From Bugula neritina (Eukaryota; Animalia; Bryozoa): a DNA stretch of 64,000 nucleotides. This document shows positions 54,841-64,000 of the stretch, one piece after another; position 1 is the first letter of the stretch, and every line of letters starts with the position of its first letter. The position numbers and the translations under genes are program-made. Location of the stretch: assembly GCA_964035545.1 (NCBI GenBank), contig OZ037769.1, forward strand, positions 14,104,633 through 14,168,632, written 5' to 3'. Under the pieces are notes generated by a model. The model was not told the DNA's origin. It made no database searches and saw only the letters and a list, made by a program, of their open reading frames with translations.

Positions 54841-56843
54841 ATTAACAGCTTATGAACGAAATGCTGCCCTGTTAATATATATATGCATATCACTGCGTGG
54901 AAGGTGGTAATATTTGCTATATTTGTCTAAAGACATGACATAAATCAGGATGACAAATTAATTATTTACTTTTTTAAAGACAGACGCTATCGCCTCGTGA
55001 CTTGCCTTTACCTGAACCTGTATTGCAGGTTTATATAAGCTCACGCAAAATGCCACGTTTGCATGACGTACTGAGCATGCAAGCCAATATGCCTTCAATA
55101 TCCCAATGATAATTTTGACATTTGCCTTTAAAAAGCAATTTATCATTAATTTTGCAATAATTTCTGAAATTTGCCAAATGAATTTGCACCTATTAATTAT
55201 AGATTCAACAATAGTTTTCAGCACAACCAAATAAAACCTGCATGAACTTTTAGCTAAATATACTACCTTTCCTGATGTGTGCATACTATAGGAGTGGAAT
55301 TATCATAAACTACTACCTCGCAATAAGCATGCTAAGCTGCATCCTGTTTACTTATTATTACAATTGTAGAACTTAGTATTACAATCGAATGTAGAATTAA
55401 TCAATAGACTAATTGTAAAGTATTGAAATATTATAAGTAATCACCTACTAGCTACCTTATTATAGCACACAGTAATAGCCTCTACCATGCTTTAAGATGT
55501 AATTAAAGTCTCTATGGTTATGTAACCTTGCCCAGAATAAAACCTCCATATCAAAATTGCTGAGTTTGAATAGCTATCGAGTTGAAATACCTAATTTCTT
55601 TAAGGGTAATTCAAAATCATTTATATAAGAAACATATATTTATATGAAGGCATTTTACAGCTAAATTATAGGCAATTGAGGCAGAATAAACGTATTTGAT
55701 ATATAATAGGCTTAGTTTCTTCAAAGTTTGGAGCATTTACTTATAAAGTTCTAGCAACAATAATAATAATAATATTGTAGAAGCCATGCAATCATATATA
55801 TATTGAATTTCAATCATAACATAATTTGGCTAAATTGTAGGCTCTTATAGGTTTATACCAGCAATCTAAACTCTTTAGCATTAATTGGTTCCAAATATTG
55901 TAGGAAATTCTTAAGAGCTCGTGTAATAATTTATGCGTGGAATGTTATTATTCGCTCCATGAAACTATAGGTGTGAGATTTTAGCTGATGAGAAAACAGT
56001 GACTTTTTGTCAAGAATAATTATTAACAATAAACCAGAATATTTATACTTACTACCCTTCATTTCGTTTCCAAATTACATTTAAATAAAAAGAGAGTTTG
56101 AGGGGATAACTCCATACATCAAGAGGAAAACTATCTATCAATAACAATCTAAGTATAAAAGTATATCTAGGTAACTATGTATATAAATGTCCTTGGTGCG
56201 TAGCTTCTTGATGTGTCCTCCTTCAGCACTGGCAGCAGACTGAATCCACTGGTTTGTTATCCTCCTTTTATATGTTGGAGGTAGCTGGATCCAGAATGTT
56301 CCATGCAAACTCCGAAAGAGTTATATAACTCGAATCGAAGGGATTTGCAGGAGTTCGCAGAGTAATAACAAGCAACTTACACTTTTTAACCAGGTTAAGC
56401 ATATAACAGCTTAAAGGACAAACTATGCAAAAAAGGGTGGAAAACATTCAAAAAATGCTTCACCTTTAAGCATGGACAGTATGACTTTTATTAAATGTAG
56501 GCCTACTGTTTTATCATATCAAATGCGATATGTTATCCTAAAATGGTAAAAGTTACATGTGTCCCTTATATATCTCAACTGTATATAGTGTAATAATATT
56601 GTATATTTGTTGTGAATATTCACTGTATATAATGTATACTAATACAATATGTGTATCTTATACTAAAATTATTAAAATTCTCATGTTTGATAAACCATCT
56701 TAATAGTTCTAATACAGGCAGTAGCACTGGTAGTCTGGTACCATGTTGAGAAGGACATGAATAATAAATCTGCTCTTCGAAATCTAGCTCAAAACACAAT
56801 AGTATCAACATGAAACAAGAACCTTGTAGAAATATAGTATACT

Positions 56844-57087
<244 letters not shown>

Positions 57088-57123
57088 AAAACAACATCTA
57101 TATAATTAAATTGCTCTTTTCCT

Positions 57124-57221
<98 letters not shown>

Positions 57222-57265
57222 TATTATTGAGGAAAAGAGCAATTTAATTATATAGATGTTGTTTT

Positions 57266-57314
57266 ATTGTACTACTAATAGTTTCATGCCTCTTCGGCAC
57301 TCCTCAGGCACAAT
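57266..57314 (-). ncRNA. Minimal type I hammerhead ribozyme in the Penelope pLTR
   Basis: Exact reverse complement of 57039..57087. Confidence 0.85.
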
Positions 57315-57564
57315 ATTGACAAATTTAAATTTTTACATTAAGAAAATCAAAATGCTAAACACAAGGTAAAACGTAACAAAAACATAGCAGTGGCTGTATT
57401 GTTATATAGGTTTGTAGGTGTAAATTAATAAAAAAAAAACCATAATGTAATGTAAAAACATAATTTATAGCAGATGCATGAAGTTTTTGTTGGGTGACTA
57501 TTCTCTATGGCTATTTGTATATTATTTACTATAGTACTTAAAATATAAATAGACTACAGAGTTT

Positions 57565-59033
<1,469 letters not shown>

Positions 59034-60001
59034 GAAAAACCTTATAGCTGTTGATTAGCTTATCATTACTTTGCACCAACTCAAACTGCATCTTATTTTA
59101 TTTTGACTGTAGAAACTAATAGTATATATTTACAGTTACCTAATGATTAGACAAAAATTATATCGAAACTTGTATAAATTGTGTAAGATATCTAAATTAT
59201 TAACGAAGGAAAAATGCAATCTGTAACTCAAAAATGGGTGATGTCACTAGGTAATAAAATGTTATATTTTCCTTTTAATGAACAGAGAGAACAACTTATT
59301 AAAATAACATCCTGCAAAGATATCAAAAAAGTCAATTATTTTCTGCATGTGATGTATTAGCAAAAATAGAAATTGAAATAAAGCACCATCGATAGAATCT
59401 TTCTAGAGCAGGTAGTCACTACACAGCATAAAATTTATATAGATTATATAAATCAAGATTTTAGGCATATATATATAAATAAACCAAATAAAAAAATTAT
59501 CCAGAATTGTCAGTCTGGTGCATTCTAAATTAAATTGAGTGTAAAAATAAAAGTAAATAACCACCCACAGTCCCATTGAGTTGTTTTAGGGCCCACTCAA
59601 AAATTGAGAGCTTGTTGAGTTATACTTAAGTAGAGTTGAGTTTGAAGAACTATACTTAAGTAGAGTTGGGGTTTGTAGAATTACAATTGTGTAAGGCTGA
59701 GTTACCCAAACTGAATATTTAATTTTGTTTTACAAACTTTTATCAAATCACTGAGCCTATCTCTGATCTACTTGAATAATTTTCTTTTATTTTAACTAAC
59801 AATTTTATGCCACCAGAGGCGATTGGAAGAGAGATTGTAAACTCGATCTTCATTGGCTGCACAAACTTGACACAAATGGGATTAATAAATATTTGCATTA
59901 TTTCATATATTACATTGTTTTTAGTTGTTTTGTGAAAAACATCTTTTATCTGTAAAAAGACTCTGCTCCAATTCTTAGTTGGTTTGTCCGTTAGTTATAG
60001 C

Positions 60002-64000
<3,999 letters not shown>

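Noticed and set aside
31260-56000. Other CTGANGA words (31268, 31548, 34633, 42547, 55985) as further hammerheads
   Set aside because: No matching stem II-GAAA-stem III-UH-stem I arrangement.
56190-56400. GC-richer patch with a faint LINE-like peptide (EFAWNILDP) on the minus strand
   Set aside because: Stops in the frames examined and no consistent splice sites; too weak to call.

Overview
AT-rich eukaryotic (invertebrate metazoan-type) genomic DNA with spliceosomal GT-AG introns; not prokaryotic, no CRISPR. Genes were reconstructed by hand with intron phases checked. In order: (1) two convergent paralogous genes for AID/APOBEC/SNAD-like zinc deaminases with an unusual HTE...PC-x13-C signature (<2..952 +, and 8536..4988 -, the latter with a signal peptide split by one intron); (2) head-to-head with the second deaminase, about 1 kb away, a 5-exon secreted PAN/apple + F-type-lectin-like gene (9544..12656 +); (3) a 6-exon single-Ig (I-set) domain gene (22071..15648 -); (4) INPP5E (33881..26864 -, 9 coding exons, CaaX end), divergent from (5) a three-repeat Myb gene (37258..44982 +, 12 exons); (6) two tandem SLC16/MCT-like MFS transporter genes (54840..48914 - and >64000..60002 -). 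Mobile DNA: a pogo/Tigger-like deletion derivative with TA TSD (47130..48850), a 5'-truncated Penelope-like retroelement in a (TA)n tract, tRNA-derived SINEs and fold-back MITEs. Three minimal type I hammerhead ribozymes can be read directly, one on the sense strand of a Myb intron. The most notable observations are the secreted deaminase pair plus lectin cluster, the intronic hammerhead, and repeated minisatellites (four with a 22-bp period) that copy or abut splice sites.
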